32,000 nt of DNA from Propionibacterium freudenreichii subsp. freudenreichii (GCF_000940845.1 NZ_CP010341.1:570001-602000), one strand, 5' to 3'; shown: positions 1 through 8,965, counted from the first letter of the stretch. Numbers and translations: made by a program. The notes: generated by a model from the sequence alone, not told the origin.

Positions 1-138
1 ACCAAGGGGGCCACGGCCTTCATCACCGACGAGCCCTGCCCGGGTTGCCGCAAGGCGCTGGCCGCGGCGGGCATCGTGCGGGCGGTGTGGCCCGAGGGTG
101 AGTTCGACGGCGACCAGATCGTCGACTTCGGTTGCTGA
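1..138 (+). CDS. cytidine/deoxycytidylate deaminase-family protein, C-terminal fragment (5' end outside window)
   Basis: Frame 1 is open from the window edge to TGA 136-138. The translation TKGATAFITDEPCPGCRKALAAAGIVRAVW carries the PCxxC zinc-ligand motif followed by AGI, as in CDA-fold deaminases. Confidence 0.55.
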   Translation, partial: TKGATAFITDEPCPGCRKALAAAGIVRAVWPEGEFDGDQIVDFGC

Positions 139-157
139 GCCGGCGCGCGGCGCCGGC
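139..157. terminator. GC-rich hairpin between convergent genes (possible bidirectional terminator)
   Basis: GCCGGCGC-gcg-GCGCCGGC is a perfect 8-bp stem. It lies right after the deaminase TGA (136-138) and 7 nt from the PRC-barrel stop (164). There is no T-tract. Confidence 0.4.
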
Positions 158-163
158 CGGGGG

Positions 164-562
164 TCACTGCGTGGCGTTGGGGCCCGTACCGGCCTGGTCC
201 GCGTCGGCCTGATCGGCGTCGGCTTCGTCCCGGTCGGTCCCGGGGGCGGGAACGGTCTCGATCCCGTAGTACTTGTACAAGTCCGCCTCTTCGTCGGCGT
301 CCAGGTGACGATCGGGATCGACGGTGGGGGCCTCCTTGACGACCTCCTCGGCATAGGGCACCTTGATCTCGCCATTGGCGATATCGGCATGCACCAGCGG
401 CACGAAGTTCTCCTTGGTGCCGAACAAACCGGTCTTCACGGTCACCCAGGTGGGCTGGCCGGTCTTGTCATCCAGGTACACCTGGCCGACGCCACCGATC
501 TTCTTGCCGTCGGAGGCGACAACATCCGAGTTGTACAGATCGTCGTAGTTGTCGTCCGCCAT
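164..562 (-). CDS. PRC-barrel domain-containing protein
   Basis: The track ORF is 164..625. The preferred start is ATG 562 (MADDNYDDLY), preceded by GGAAAGGGG. The core VVASDGKKIGGVGQVYLDDKTGQPTWVTVKTGLFGTKENFVPL is typical of actinobacterial PRC-barrel proteins, and the tail is acidic. Confidence 0.75.
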   Translation of the reverse strand: MADDNYDDLYNSDVVASDGKKIGGVGQVYLDDKTGQPTWVTVKTGLFGTKENFVPLVHADIANGEIKVPYAEEVVKEAPTVDPDRHLDADEEADLYKYYGIETVPAPGTDRDEADADQADADQAGTGPNATQ

Positions 563-724
563 GAGATCCCCTTTCCTGCCACGCGATGAGTCGCGTGGTC
601 GCCCTGCGCCATAGTCGTGGCCCACGGATTCGACGGTCTCCCGAACGTGTCGGGTGGGCCGTCCGGATGAGCCTACAAGCGTCCAGTCTGCCCCGTTCGG
701 GAGCCCACGGCTACTTCAGCGCGG

Positions 725-2002
725 CTACTTCACCGGCATGGTGATCTCGTCGGTCACCCGGCGCCGTTCCAGGTACCACCAGCCACGTCGGTGCGAGTCG
801 AAGCGCAACCGCAGGCTGTCGGTGTGCATGATCACCCAGGTGATGATCACGGTGGAGATGCCGACGCAGATCACGCCGAACATCACCGTGGCGCGCGGGC
901 CCAGCCAGTCGCCCAGGTGGCCCACCACCGGCGAGACCACCGGCGAGATGCCGGTGATCATCAGCATCCACAGGCTCAGCACCCGCCCCCGCATGGACGC
1001 ACTGGTGTGGGACTGCAGCAGGGTGTTCCCGGTGACCAGCGCGGTGATCGTGGCCAGCCCGATGGGCGCCTGCAGCAGGGCGAACACCCAGTAGTTGGTG
1101 GAGAACGCCGCCACCAGGCCGAGCACCGTGTAGGCGGCCATGGAGATGATCATGTGGCGGATGCGCGGCCCATGGCGGGCAGCCGACCACAGCGCCGCAG
1201 CCAGGGCGCCGACGCCCATGATCGAGTCGAGCAGGCCGAAGGCGTCCGAGCCGCGATGGAAGATGCCGGTGGTCATCACCGCATTGGAGATCTGGAAGTT
1301 GAAGCCCAGTCCGCCCACCGCGAAGCCGATGGCCAACAGCACCATCAGGTCGGGGCGGCGGCGCACATAGCGCAGGCCCTCATGGATGCTGCCGCCGTCC
1401 TTCGCCCTGGCCGGCGTGGCCAGGTCACGGGTCTTGAGCAGCGCCAGGCAGATGATCATCGCCGCGAACGACACGGTGTTGACGGCGATCACCGGTCCGG
1501 TGCCGATGATGGCGATGAGCACGCCGGCCAGTCCGGGGCCCAGCAGGCGCGTCATATTGAAGCTCGCGGAGTTGAGGCTGATCGCATTGGACAGCTGGCG
1601 CCCCGAGACCACCTCCGAGACGAAGCTCTGGCGGGCCGGTGAATCGAACGACGAACCGACGCCGTCGATCGTCGCGATGAGGTACACATGCCACAGTTCG
1701 GCCACCCCGGTGATCACCAGGGTGGACAGCACGGCGGCGTCGATGAGTCCCACCAGTTGGGCCAACATGAGGATGCGCCGCTTGGGGAAGCGGTCGGCCA
1801 GCTTGCCGGCGATCGGCATGAGGAACAGCGTGGGCAGGAACTGCAGCGCCGTCACGGTGCCCAGGGCGGTGGCCGAGTGGTCGGTCAGCACGGTGAGCAC
1901 CAGCCAGCTCTGGGCGGTGCGGGCCATCCACTGGCCCATGTTCGACACCGTCATGCCGGTGAAGTAGATGCGGTAGTTCGGCACGGCCAGCGAGGCGAAC
2001 AT
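725..2002 (-). CDS. MFS transporter (MFS_3/EntS-like)
   Basis: The track ORF is 725..2173. The likely start is ATG 2002 (MFASLAVPNYRIYFTGMTVSNMGQWM), a typical N-terminus for this MFS subfamily. The product has about 12 hydrophobic helices, and third-position GC is high throughout. Confidence 0.85.
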   Translation of the reverse strand: MFASLAVPNYRIYFTGMTVSNMGQWMARTAQSWLVLTVLTDHSATALGTVTALQFLPTLFLMPIAGKLADRFPKRRILMLAQLVGLIDAAVLSTLVITGVAELWHVYLIATIDGVGSSFDSPARQSFVSEVVSGRQLSNAISLNSASFNMTRLLGPGLAGVLIAIIGTGPVIAVNTVSFAAMIICLALLKTRDLATPARAKDGGSIHEGLRYVRRRPDLMVLLAIGFAVGGLGFNFQISNAVMTTGIFHRGSDAFGLLDSIMGVGALAAALWSAARHGPRIRHMIISMAAYTVLGLVAAFSTNYWVFALLQAPIGLATITALVTGNTLLQSHTSASMRGRVLSLWMLMITGISPVVSPVVGHLGDWLGPRATVMFGVICVGISTVIITWVIMHTDSLRLRFDSHRRGWWYLERRRVTDEITMPVK

Positions 2003-2347
2003 CCTTCTCACTGCTGGCTCCTCGTCGTCGACCCGGCCGCCTGGTCGCGCATCAACACAGTCACGCATCAACTCCTGACATGCCCGACGGGTGGGGCGGG
2101 CGGCCGGCGCGGGACGCTGGGACGCAGTCCTGCCCGGCAATCGAGCGGCACGGCCATCGCCAGCACATGCCACCGAGGTGGAAAGGGGAGCCGCGGAAAG
2201 GCGGCGGGTCCAGCCGTGGCCCGGGCACAGCGGGCTGCCAAGCGCATGACAGCTTCCGACGCGAGTTCTTGGGGTGAAACCCCAGCTGCGCGGGAAAACG
2301 ACCGGCCGAGCGGGCCAACGGCCACCAAAACCGCCGTCAGCGTGGCC

Positions 2348-2602
2348 TCACAGCTTGCGCAGCCAGTCCTCGTTGTCGTCGGGCGGGGGAGCGCCGCCGC
2401 CATCGCGGCTGCCGTCGTTCATGCCGTGCAGGCGGCTCAGCACGATCCACGCCACCGGCCCCACGGCGGGCAGGAAGATCACCACGAGCAGCCACATCCA
2501 CTTGGGCATATAGGGCACGTCGTAGGGGTCGGTCTGGGTCAGGTCGACGACCGCGAAGATCGTCAGTGCCAGCAGGACCAACACCGGGAGAATACGCGCC
2601 AT
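2348..2602 (-). CDS. PLDc_N domain-containing small membrane protein
   Basis: This is the 84-aa C-terminal part of the run-on ORF 2348..3187, starting at ATG 2602 (MARILPVLVLLALTIFAVVDL). It has two TM helices and the motif WMWLLVVIFLPAVGPVAWIVLSRL, typical of the PLD-nuclease N-terminal (cardiolipin-synthase N-term-like) family. Confidence 0.7.
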   Translation of the reverse strand: MARILPVLVLLALTIFAVVDLTQTDPYDVPYMPKWMWLLVVIFLPAVGPVAWIVLSRLHGMNDGSRDGGGAPPPDDNEDWLRKL

Positions 2603-2782
2603 GTCCCCAAGTCTAGGGGTCCGCCCGTGCGGCACACCGGGCGGCGCTCGTGGCATGATCGACGTCGGCCCGCCCGACGTCCCCCCGGCACTGGACACGG
2701 CCATCCCCGAAGACATCCCCACCGACCCATCATCCGCAGGCGGTGCGGGGTGCTGGCACCAAGCTTGTGAGGCACAACACCG

Positions 2783-3664
2783 ATGGCAACAGCGTCCGAA
2801 TGGCTCGAGGGTGCGCGGCTGCGCACATTCCCCACCGCGATCTCCCCGGTGGTGGCCGGAACGGCCATCGCCTGGTGGCACGGACGGGCACCGCTCGGCA
2901 TCGCTGCGCTGTGCCTGGTCGTCGCGCTGGCGTTGGTGATCGGGGTCAACTTCGCCAATGACTACTCCGATGGGGTGCGGGGCTCCGACGAGAACCGGGT
3001 GGGACCCCAGCGGCTGGTCGGCTCCGGCGCGGCCAATCCGTCCGCCGTCAAGCGCGCCGCCTTCGCCTGCTTCGCCGTCTCGGCGCTCGCCGGCCTGGTG
3101 GCGGTGCTGGTCACCGGCCACTGGTGGCTGCTGATCGTGGGCGTGGCCTGCATCCTGGCCGCCTGGTTCTACACCGGTGGGCGCCATCCCTATGGCTACC
3201 TGGGGTTGGGCGAGATCTTCGTCTTCGTCTTCTTCGGGCTGGTGGCCGTGGGCGGCACCAGCTACCTGCTCAGCGCCCGGGTGGGCGCGCCCGGTTGGCT
3301 GACCGCTGCCGGCATCGGGGTGCTCGCCTGTGCCGTGCTGGTGACCAACAACCTGCGCGACATCGTCGGTGACACCGCCTCGGGCAAGCGCACCCTGGAG
3401 ACGCGCATCGGCGACCGCGCCACGCGCGTGCTCTACGCCGTCCTGGTGGGCGTGGCGGCGCTCACCGTGGTGGGCGTGGCGGCGCTGACCACCTGGTGGG
3501 CCCTGCTCGGACTGGCCTGCCTGGTGTTCCTGGCCCCGGCCTGTCGGGTGATCCTGGGTGGTGCCCGGGGCATGGCGCTGGTCGCGACGCTGAAGAACAC
3601 CGGCCTGGGCGAGCTCTGCTACGCCCTCGGTATCCTGGCCGGTGTCGCGATCTCGATGATCTGA
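2783..3664 (+). CDS. menA: 1,4-dihydroxy-2-naphthoate polyprenyltransferase
   Basis: 293-aa UbiA-superfamily polytopic protein. The N-terminus WLEGARLRTFPTAISPVV and the Asp-rich motif NFANDYSDGVRGSDENRVGP are typical of MenA. Confidence 0.92.
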   Translation: MATASEWLEGARLRTFPTAISPVVAGTAIAWWHGRAPLGIAALCLVVALALVIGVNFANDYSDGVRGSDENRVGPQRLVGSGAANPSAVKRAAFACFAVSALAGLVAVLVTGHWWLLIVGVACILAAWFYTGGRHPYGYLGLGEIFVFVFFGLVAVGGTSYLLSARVGAPGWLTAAGIGVLACAVLVTNNLRDIVGDTASGKRTLETRIGDRATRVLYAVLVGVAALTVVGVAALTTWWALLGLACLVFLAPACRVILGGARGMALVATLKNTGLGELCYALGILAGVAISMI

Positions 3665-3680
3665 GCGGGCGGGGTGGCCC

Positions 3681-5450
3681 TCAGCTGAGCGTGCGCATCC
3701 AGGCGCGCAGCGCGCGGGTGGCGCGCACGTCGTCCTCGTTGTACTCCAACACCCGGGTGGCGAATCCGGCGCGCACCTCGTGGTTGGGGCCGTGCACCGC
3801 CTCGGCGAACCAGCACTGCGAGTTCAGGCCACCGGGGTCCTCGTCACGCCAGTTGAACCCGGCCCCGTTGTGCGCAAGCTTTTTCAGTCCCAGCCCATGG
3901 ACGCCGAAGAAATTCTTCTGCACCACCGGAAACAGGTCAAAGAAGTTCGTCCGGGTCCAGTTCTGGGCGAGCTCGCGCAGGCTTGGCGACGCGCTCTTGC
4001 GGGCGATGCGCCGGATGTGCACCACCTCGTAATCGGAGTAGTGGTACACCTTCGCCTCGGGATGGGCCGTCAGCTGCTCGACGAGCCACGTGGCGGCCTC
4101 CTCGGCCAGCGCCCGTTCGCCCGCGTGGTCGAGGTCCTCGAAGCGCGAGAAGCTCACGTAGTGGGGCCCCGAATCGTCGTCGGGATCGTTCACCAGGAAG
4201 CCCCACAGGTAGACCCGCGCGGCGGCGGAGGTCTCGATGTCCAGGTCAATCGAATAGCCCTGCGCGGGCAGCTCGATGGGCCCCACCGAGGTCTTCTTCA
4301 CCGCGATCCCGTGGGCCAGCATGTCGGCCCGCTCGGCGGCCAGGCGCAGTCGGTTCTCGGCGCCGGGACGGTGCTGCACTTCGGGCAGGTAGGTGGGCAG
4401 CAATTGTTCGACGTCGGTGCAGGCCAGGTCGGTGATCGTGGAGATGCCCATCGAGCGCAGCACCGTGATCTCGTGCACGTCGAGGCGAGCCTTGCCGATG
4501 CGCAGGCTCAGGTCGTCGTCGTTCAGCTGCGGCTTGCAGGCCACCCACCAGGGGCATGACTCGCATTCATGCACCACGATCGGACGCACGCGGGGGTCGG
4601 GGTCGTCGGGGCTGCCGGTGCGGCGCGCGGCGATCTCGGCGATCCTCAGGCGGAAGGCGAATTCATGGTCGTAGCGTTCCAGCGACGAGCGATAGCGCCA
4701 GCCGCTGCTGGCGGTGCGCGCGAAGGTGCGCAGGCGCTTGGCGCCCAGGTTGGCCCACGAGATCACCAGGTGCTTCAGGTCGCCGGGACGGTGGGTGCGG
4801 TTACGACCCAGCACCGGGCGTCCCTGCCGGATCAGGATCTCGTCGGTGCCGATGATGCCGGCCACCGGAACCCCGCCCGAGCACCAGCCGGTGGCCTCGA
4901 GGATGCGTCGGTAGTGGGCCAGTTGCAGCAGGTCGCCCTCGCGGTGGGTGCGCACGCCGCAGCCCGCCACGCGTAGCAGGCGCTGACCGCCCGACAGGGG
5001 GGTGCAGGGTTGGCGGCGTCCCCGTGGGCTGGCCTCCAGCACGCGATGCCGCTTGATGATCACCGGGTAGTAGCCGGTGTCGCCATCGGGGGCGGGTGGG
5101 CCGAGCACGAGCACATCGGGTTGGCCGGCGCGGTGGCCCGCCACGTCCAGCGGCAGCACCGGGGCGATGATGAGCAGGGCGCCGGCGGCCACCGCATCAG
5201 CCGTCGCCGCCGAGCGTTCGCTCCAGTCCTCGTCCATCAGTGAACGCAGGTCCACGGCGTCCGGATGGGCGGCCAGGGCGTCCATGACCTCCTTCTTGAA
5301 GGCCGTGGAGCCGGTGAAGAGCTCCTGCATGGCGTCGGTGGACGCGCGGATGGCGATATCGCTGGAGGTGTTCACCGGAAGCCGTACGGTGCGGTCGAAG
5401 CGGTTGCGGGTCTTCACCGGGCAGCTGCGCGCGGCATAGGAATCCAGCAT
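3681..5450 (-). CDS. TM0106-family RecB-like putative nuclease (Cas4-like PD-(D/E)xK domain + HhH + RNase H-like exonuclease domain)
   Basis: The track ORF is 3681..5567. I prefer ATG 5450 (MLDSYAARSCPVKT) because third-position GC drops to about 68% in the 39 upstream codons versus about 88% downstream. Motifs: N-terminal Cys plus CESCPWWVAC (CxxCx5C), GQPDVLV, QLAHY, an HhH-like ITVLRSMGISTITDLA, then IDLDIET...YLWGF...YHYSDYE...YNEDDVRAT. Confidence 0.8.
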   Translation of the reverse strand: MLDSYAARSCPVKTRNRFDRTVRLPVNTSSDIAIRASTDAMQELFTGSTAFKKEVMDALAAHPDAVDLRSLMDEDWSERSAATADAVAAGALLIIAPVLPLDVAGHRAGQPDVLVLGPPAPDGDTGYYPVIIKRHRVLEASPRGRRQPCTPLSGGQRLLRVAGCGVRTHREGDLLQLAHYRRILEATGWCSGGVPVAGIIGTDEILIRQGRPVLGRNRTHRPGDLKHLVISWANLGAKRLRTFARTASSGWRYRSSLERYDHEFAFRLRIAEIAARRTGSPDDPDPRVRPIVVHECESCPWWVACKPQLNDDDLSLRIGKARLDVHEITVLRSMGISTITDLACTDVEQLLPTYLPEVQHRPGAENRLRLAAERADMLAHGIAVKKTSVGPIELPAQGYSIDLDIETSAAARVYLWGFLVNDPDDDSGPHYVSFSRFEDLDHAGERALAEEAATWLVEQLTAHPEAKVYHYSDYEVVHIRRIARKSASPSLRELAQNWTRTNFFDLFPVVQKNFFGVHGLGLKKLAHNGAGFNWRDEDPGGLNSQCWFAEAVHGPNHEVRAGFATRVLEYNEDDVRATRALRAWMRTLS

Positions 5451-5576
5451 GATCGGACGGCGTGGGTCATGGCTCAGGCGCGCCGGATGTGCGGCGCCGG
5501 GGGTCCCCCGATCGTCCCGTGGGTCAGCCGTTCCCCCGGGTTGGCGTGACGAGGTTCCCGTGCTCATCGTGGGTTG

Positions 5577-6272
5577 TCAGTCCGCGAATCCGCGATGCAT
5601 GGCCACGATGCCGCCCGACAGGTTGCGCCATTCGACGCGCTTCCAGCCGGCGTCGGACATCAGCCGGGCCAGGGCCTGCTGGTTCGGCCAGGCGGCGATG
5701 GTCTCGGTGAGGTAGCTGTAGGAGTCGGGATTTGAGCCCAGGTGCGCCAGCAGCGGCATCACCCGGGGCAGGTAGAAGCGTTGGTACAACACCCGGAAGG
5801 GCGCCCACGTGGGGGTGCTGAACTCGCAGATCACGATGCGTCCGCCCGGACGGGTCACCCGGCGCAATTCCTCCAGCGCCTTGGCGGTGTCCTCCACATT
5901 GCGCAACCCGAAGCTGATCGTCACGGCGTCGAAGGAATCATCGCGATAGGGCAGCGCGGTGGCATCGCCCTGCACGAAGGTGAGGTCGGGCTGGCGCTGC
6001 TTGCCCACCTCGAGCATCCCGAACGACAGGTCGGTGGGGAACACATGGGCGCCGGCGGCGGCGAAGGGTGCCGACGAGGTGCCGGTGCCGGCCGCCAGGT
6101 CAAGCACATAATCGCCGGGCTGGGCGTCCACGGCGCGCACCACCTCGCGACGCCACAGACGGTCCTGCCCCATGCTCATTACGTCGTTGAGCAGGTCATA
6201 TCGCGGGGCGACATCGTCGAACATCCCCGCGACCTGTTCCCGCTTCTTGTCAAGAGTTGCGCGTCTGGCCAC
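5577..6272 (-). CDS. menG: demethylmenaquinone methyltransferase
   Basis: This is the C-terminal 231 codons of the run-on ORF 5577..7187, starting at GTG 6272 ([42 protein letters not shown]). It has the SAM motif LDLAAGTGT and FGLRNV, giving a UbiE/MenG-type architecture and size. Confidence 0.92.
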   Translation of the reverse strand: MARRATLDKKREQVAGMFDDVAPRYDLLNDVMSMGQDRLWRREVVRAVDAQPGDYVLDLAAGTGTSSAPFAAAGAHVFPTDLSFGMLEVGKQRQPDLTFVQGDATALPYRDDSFDAVTISFGLRNVEDTAKALEELRRVTRPGGRIVICEFSTPTWAPFRVLYQRFYLPRVMPLLAHLGSNPDSYSYLTETIAAWPNQQALARLMSDAGWKRVEWRNLSGGIVAMHRGFAD

Positions 6273-6322
6273 GCCACCATTGTCGCAGAACTCGCAAATG
6301 GCTCCCAGACGGCCCGTTCGAC

Positions 6323-6390
6323 GCGGCTGTGGCCGCCCGGGATTATCCACTGGTGGGCGGCTGTGGCCGCCCGGGGGGATCCACCGTCGG
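6323..6390. repeat. 2 x 34-bp tandem direct repeat in the menG / ABC-ATPase divergent intergenic region
   Basis: Copy 1 (6323-6356) is gcggctgtggccgcccgggattatccactggtgg. Copy 2 (6357-6390) is gcggctgtggccgcccggggggatccaccgtcgg. They match at 28/34 positions, and the first 19 nt are identical. Confidence 0.85.
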
Positions 6391-6425
6391 GCGCCAAGTG
6401 GGCGAATCGCACCGGTTGCACCACA

Positions 6426-7118
6426 ATGGAGGTCATGGCGAGGCGCTCCACTGTTCTGAAAATCAGCAATCTTGTGAAGAAGTACGGCGATCACACGGTG
6501 ATCGACCACTTCAACCTGCAGGTCTACGAGTCCGATGCGGTGGCCCTGACGGGCCGCAACGGCTCGGGCAAGTCCACCGTCCTGAGGTGCATCGTCGGCT
6601 CCGACAAGCCGACCGAGGGCACGATCGAGGTGTTGGGCGAGAAGGCCAAGGACACCGAGATCTCCTTCCGACGCAATGTGGCCACCGTCATCGATGACCT
6701 GGACTTCTTCCCCGACCTGTCGGTGGTGGAGCACCTTGACCTGCTCGCCCGGGCCCATGGCCTGGAGGACACCGACGAGCTGGTCGACTCGATCCTCGAG
6801 GAGGTGCAGCTGGTGCCGCAGTCGGGCCAGCTGCCCGGCACCCTGTCCAGTGGACAGCGTCGCCGCCTCGCCCTGGCGACCGCGTTCGTGCGTCCCAAAA
6901 AGCTGCTGGTGCTCGACGAGCCCGAGCAGCGCCTCGACCAGGAGGGCATCGACTGGCTGGGCAAGCGCTTGCGCCACGAGAAGGAGCACAACGGGCTGGC
7001 CATCATCATGGCCAGCCATGAGCCGAGCCTGGTGGAGGCCGTTGGCGCCCGCATCGTGCGCATCGGCGGCGGCCTCGAGGAGACCCAGTCGTTGGCGGAG
7101 CCGGAGCAGCTGGCATGA
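6426..7118 (+). CDS. ABC transporter ATP-binding protein
   Basis: The start is ATG 6426 (or ATG 6435 just after GGAGG) within the run-on ORF 5742..7118. Motifs: Walker [10 protein letters not shown], signature LSSGQRRR, Walker [10 protein letters not shown]-loop ASHEP. The stop overlaps the next gene as ATGA. Confidence 0.9.
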   Translation: MEVMARRSTVLKISNLVKKYGDHTVIDHFNLQVYESDAVALTGRNGSGKSTVLRCIVGSDKPTEGTIEVLGEKAKDTEISFRRNVATVIDDLDFFPDLSVVEHLDLLARAHGLEDTDELVDSILEEVQLVPQSGQLPGTLSSGQRRRLALATAFVRPKKLLVLDEPEQRLDQEGIDWLGKRLRHEKEHNGLAIIMASHEPSLVEAVGARIVRIGGGLEETQSLAEPEQLA

Positions 7119-8920
7119 GCTCACGCAACAAGCGCCGCAATCGTTCACGTAAGGAGCGGGCGGCCCAGCCCGCCGCGCGTCCGCCACAGCAGCGCAGGCC
7201 GGCGCCCACCGACGATCCGGACTTCGAGGGATTCGATCCCGACTATCCGTTCGTCGACGTCGGCTTCGACGCCCAGGGCATGGTTGACGAACGCCAGCTG
7301 CTGCTGTTGGTGAAGGACTGGCGCAAGGGACGGGCCACCCGGCGACTGCGCGATGTGATCACCGACGCCTATGTCGCCATGTTCACCGTCGTGGTCGTGG
7401 CGGCCATGATCATCAGCGGCCTGCTGTCGGCGCAGAACCAGGCGTCCACGTGCACCTCCGATGGCTGCGTGACCGCCCGCAAGCTGCTGCCCTGGTTGGT
7501 CGTGGCGGGCCTGTGGGTCGGCGCCCTGGCCATCAGCCGCATCTTCGGGCCGATCGTCGCCTCCGCCGCGGAGGGCTTCTGGCTGTTGGACGCGCCACTG
7601 CGCCGTTCCTCCGTGCTGGCCCGACGCATGTGGGGCATGATCTTCGCCGCTGGTGGCGTCGCCGCCGTGGTGGCCGCCCTGGTCACCGTGCTGGTCGGCC
7701 TCCCGCTGCCGACGGTGGGTGCCTGGACGGCAGCCGCCGCCTTCACCACCGCCGCGTGGATGGCCTTCACGGCCGCCGAGCAGGGTGCTGAGCGCACCAT
7801 CATGGTGCGCGTTGCGCAGATTGTCGTGGGCGGCGTCGCCGTCGTCGTGCTGGTGGCCGTGATCGCCTCGGCCAGCGGCTGGTTGTCGGTGGGGCTGGGT
7901 GGAACCGGCTCCTTCGAGCTGGCCATCGTCGTGGCCGCAGCCGGTCTCGTGCTGGCGATCCTCGCCTCACTCATCGCCCGTCGACGCCTCGACAACGTGG
8001 GCCGGGCCAAGCTGATCACCGGTGGTGAGCTCGTCTCCGGCATGCAGGGCGCCGCCTTCGCGCTTGACTTCGCGCTGATGCGCGACATCCTCATCGAGCG
8101 TCGCAACCACCTGCGGGGCCATGTGAAGCCGGCCCGCGGCCACTGGCGCGGCACGCGTGCCCTGGTCTGGCGTGACCTGCAACGCCTGGTGCGTTCCCCG
8201 GGCCCGCTGGTGGGTTTCCTGGTGAGCCTCATCGTGCCCTACGCACTGGAATCGTTGGGTGTGGGATCGCTCACCCCGATCCTGTCGGCCCTGATCATGG
8301 TCGCCGTCATGGTGCCGTTCATGGATTCGATGCGCGTGCTCACCCGCACGAAGGGCCTGGCGCGGCTGTTCCCGATGACCGATTCGGAGCTGCGCACCGC
8401 CACCACGATCGTGCCGGCCTCCCTGGCCCTCATCTGGGCCATCGTGGTCACCCCGGCATTCCTGCTGAACCTCAACGGCCAGGCGGCGTCCGTGTCGGTG
8501 TCGAACACCTTGTGGTACGGCGTCATCACGGCCGCGGCCGGCCTGCTCGGTGCCATGCGCTGGGTCAGCGCCAAGTCGGCGAACTACAACATGCCCATGG
8601 TGGCCACCGGCGCCGGCGCCGTGCCCCCGGGCCTGATGTTCAACCTGATCCGTGGCATTGACGTGGCGGTGCTGGTGACCGCCCCGCTGGTGCTCAACTG
8701 GCCGCCGATCGTCTCGGCGATCATCGCCATGATCGCGTTCATGGTGCTGCGCAGCGGCGGCATCAACCAGCAGGAGCTGATGGAGAAGAGCGAGGAACAG
8801 CGCAAGGAGCTCGCGGCGCAGAAGGAGGCGGCCCGCGGTGGGGGAGGTCGCACGCGGCCCAAGCAGGTGATCAGTCGCTCGGGCACCCCGGCGCGCACCA
8901 GGCCCCCGCTGCGCAAGTAG
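7115..8920 (+). CDS. polytopic membrane protein, putative permease partner of the ABC ATPase (DUF6297-like, uncharacterised)
   Basis: 601 aa, with an ATGA overlap onto the ATPase stop. It has an Arg/Lys-rich N-terminus and about 6+6 hydrophobic helices separated by a charged loop of about 75 aa. The C-terminal tail is Lys/Glu/Arg-rich. Third-position GC is high. Confidence 0.75.
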   Translation: MSSRNKRRNRSRKERAAQPAARPPQQRRPAPTDDPDFEGFDPDYPFVDVGFDAQGMVDERQLLLLVKDWRKGRATRRLRDVITDAYVAMFTVVVVAAMIISGLLSAQNQASTCTSDGCVTARKLLPWLVVAGLWVGALAISRIFGPIVASAAEGFWLLDAPLRRSSVLARRMWGMIFAAGGVAAVVAALVTVLVGLPLPTVGAWTAAAAFTTAAWMAFTAAEQGAERTIMVRVAQIVVGGVAVVVLVAVIASASGWLSVGLGGTGSFELAIVVAAAGLVLAILASLIARRRLDNVGRAKLITGGELVSGMQGAAFALDFALMRDILIERRNHLRGHVKPARGHWRGTRALVWRDLQRLVRSPGPLVGFLVSLIVPYALESLGVGSLTPILSALIMVAVMVPFMDSMRVLTRTKGLARLFPMTDSELRTATTIVPASLALIWAIVVTPAFLLNLNGQAASVSVSNTLWYGVITAAAGLLGAMRWVSAKSANYNMPMVATGAGAVPPGLMFNLIRGIDVAVLVTAPLVLNWPPIVSAIIAMIAFMVLRSGGINQQELMEKSEEQRKELAAQKEAARGGGGRTRPKQVISRSGTPARTRPPLRK

Positions 8921-8965
8921 CGCTGGGCAGGCAGTCTTCGGAGCGGACGATTCCTCGTCGGTGAT

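Noticed and set aside
708-732. 11-nt direct duplication CGGCTACTTCA-gcg-CGGCTACTTCA straddling the MFS stop codon (TAG, 725-727).
   Set aside because: It is real in the sequence but tiny. Most simply it is a slippage duplication of the gene's 3' end, with no inferable function.
2603-3187. N-terminal 195 codons of the 279-aa minus-strand ORF 2348-3187.
   Set aside because: This part is antisense to menA and compositionally junk. The credible gene is the 84-aa PLDc_N protein starting at ATG 2602.
5451-5567. 39-codon N-terminal extension of the RecB-like nuclease (MSTGTSSRQPGGTADPRDDRGTPGAAHPARLSHDPRRPI).
   Set aside because: By hand count, third-position GC is about 68% here versus about 88% just downstream. 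The family N-terminus normally begins near the ..YAARSCPVK.. motif. I cannot fully exclude that it is used, since ATG 5567 lies 9 nt after the menG stop.
5577-7187. A 536-aa ORF (minus) and a 458-aa ORF 5742-7118 (plus) that overlap each other almost completely.
   Set aside because: Only the C-terminal 231 codons of the minus ORF (menG, from GTG 6272) look like real protein. The same is true of the C-terminal 230 codons of the plus ORF (ABC ATPase, from ATG 6426). The upstream parts are antisense run-on through the neighbouring gene.
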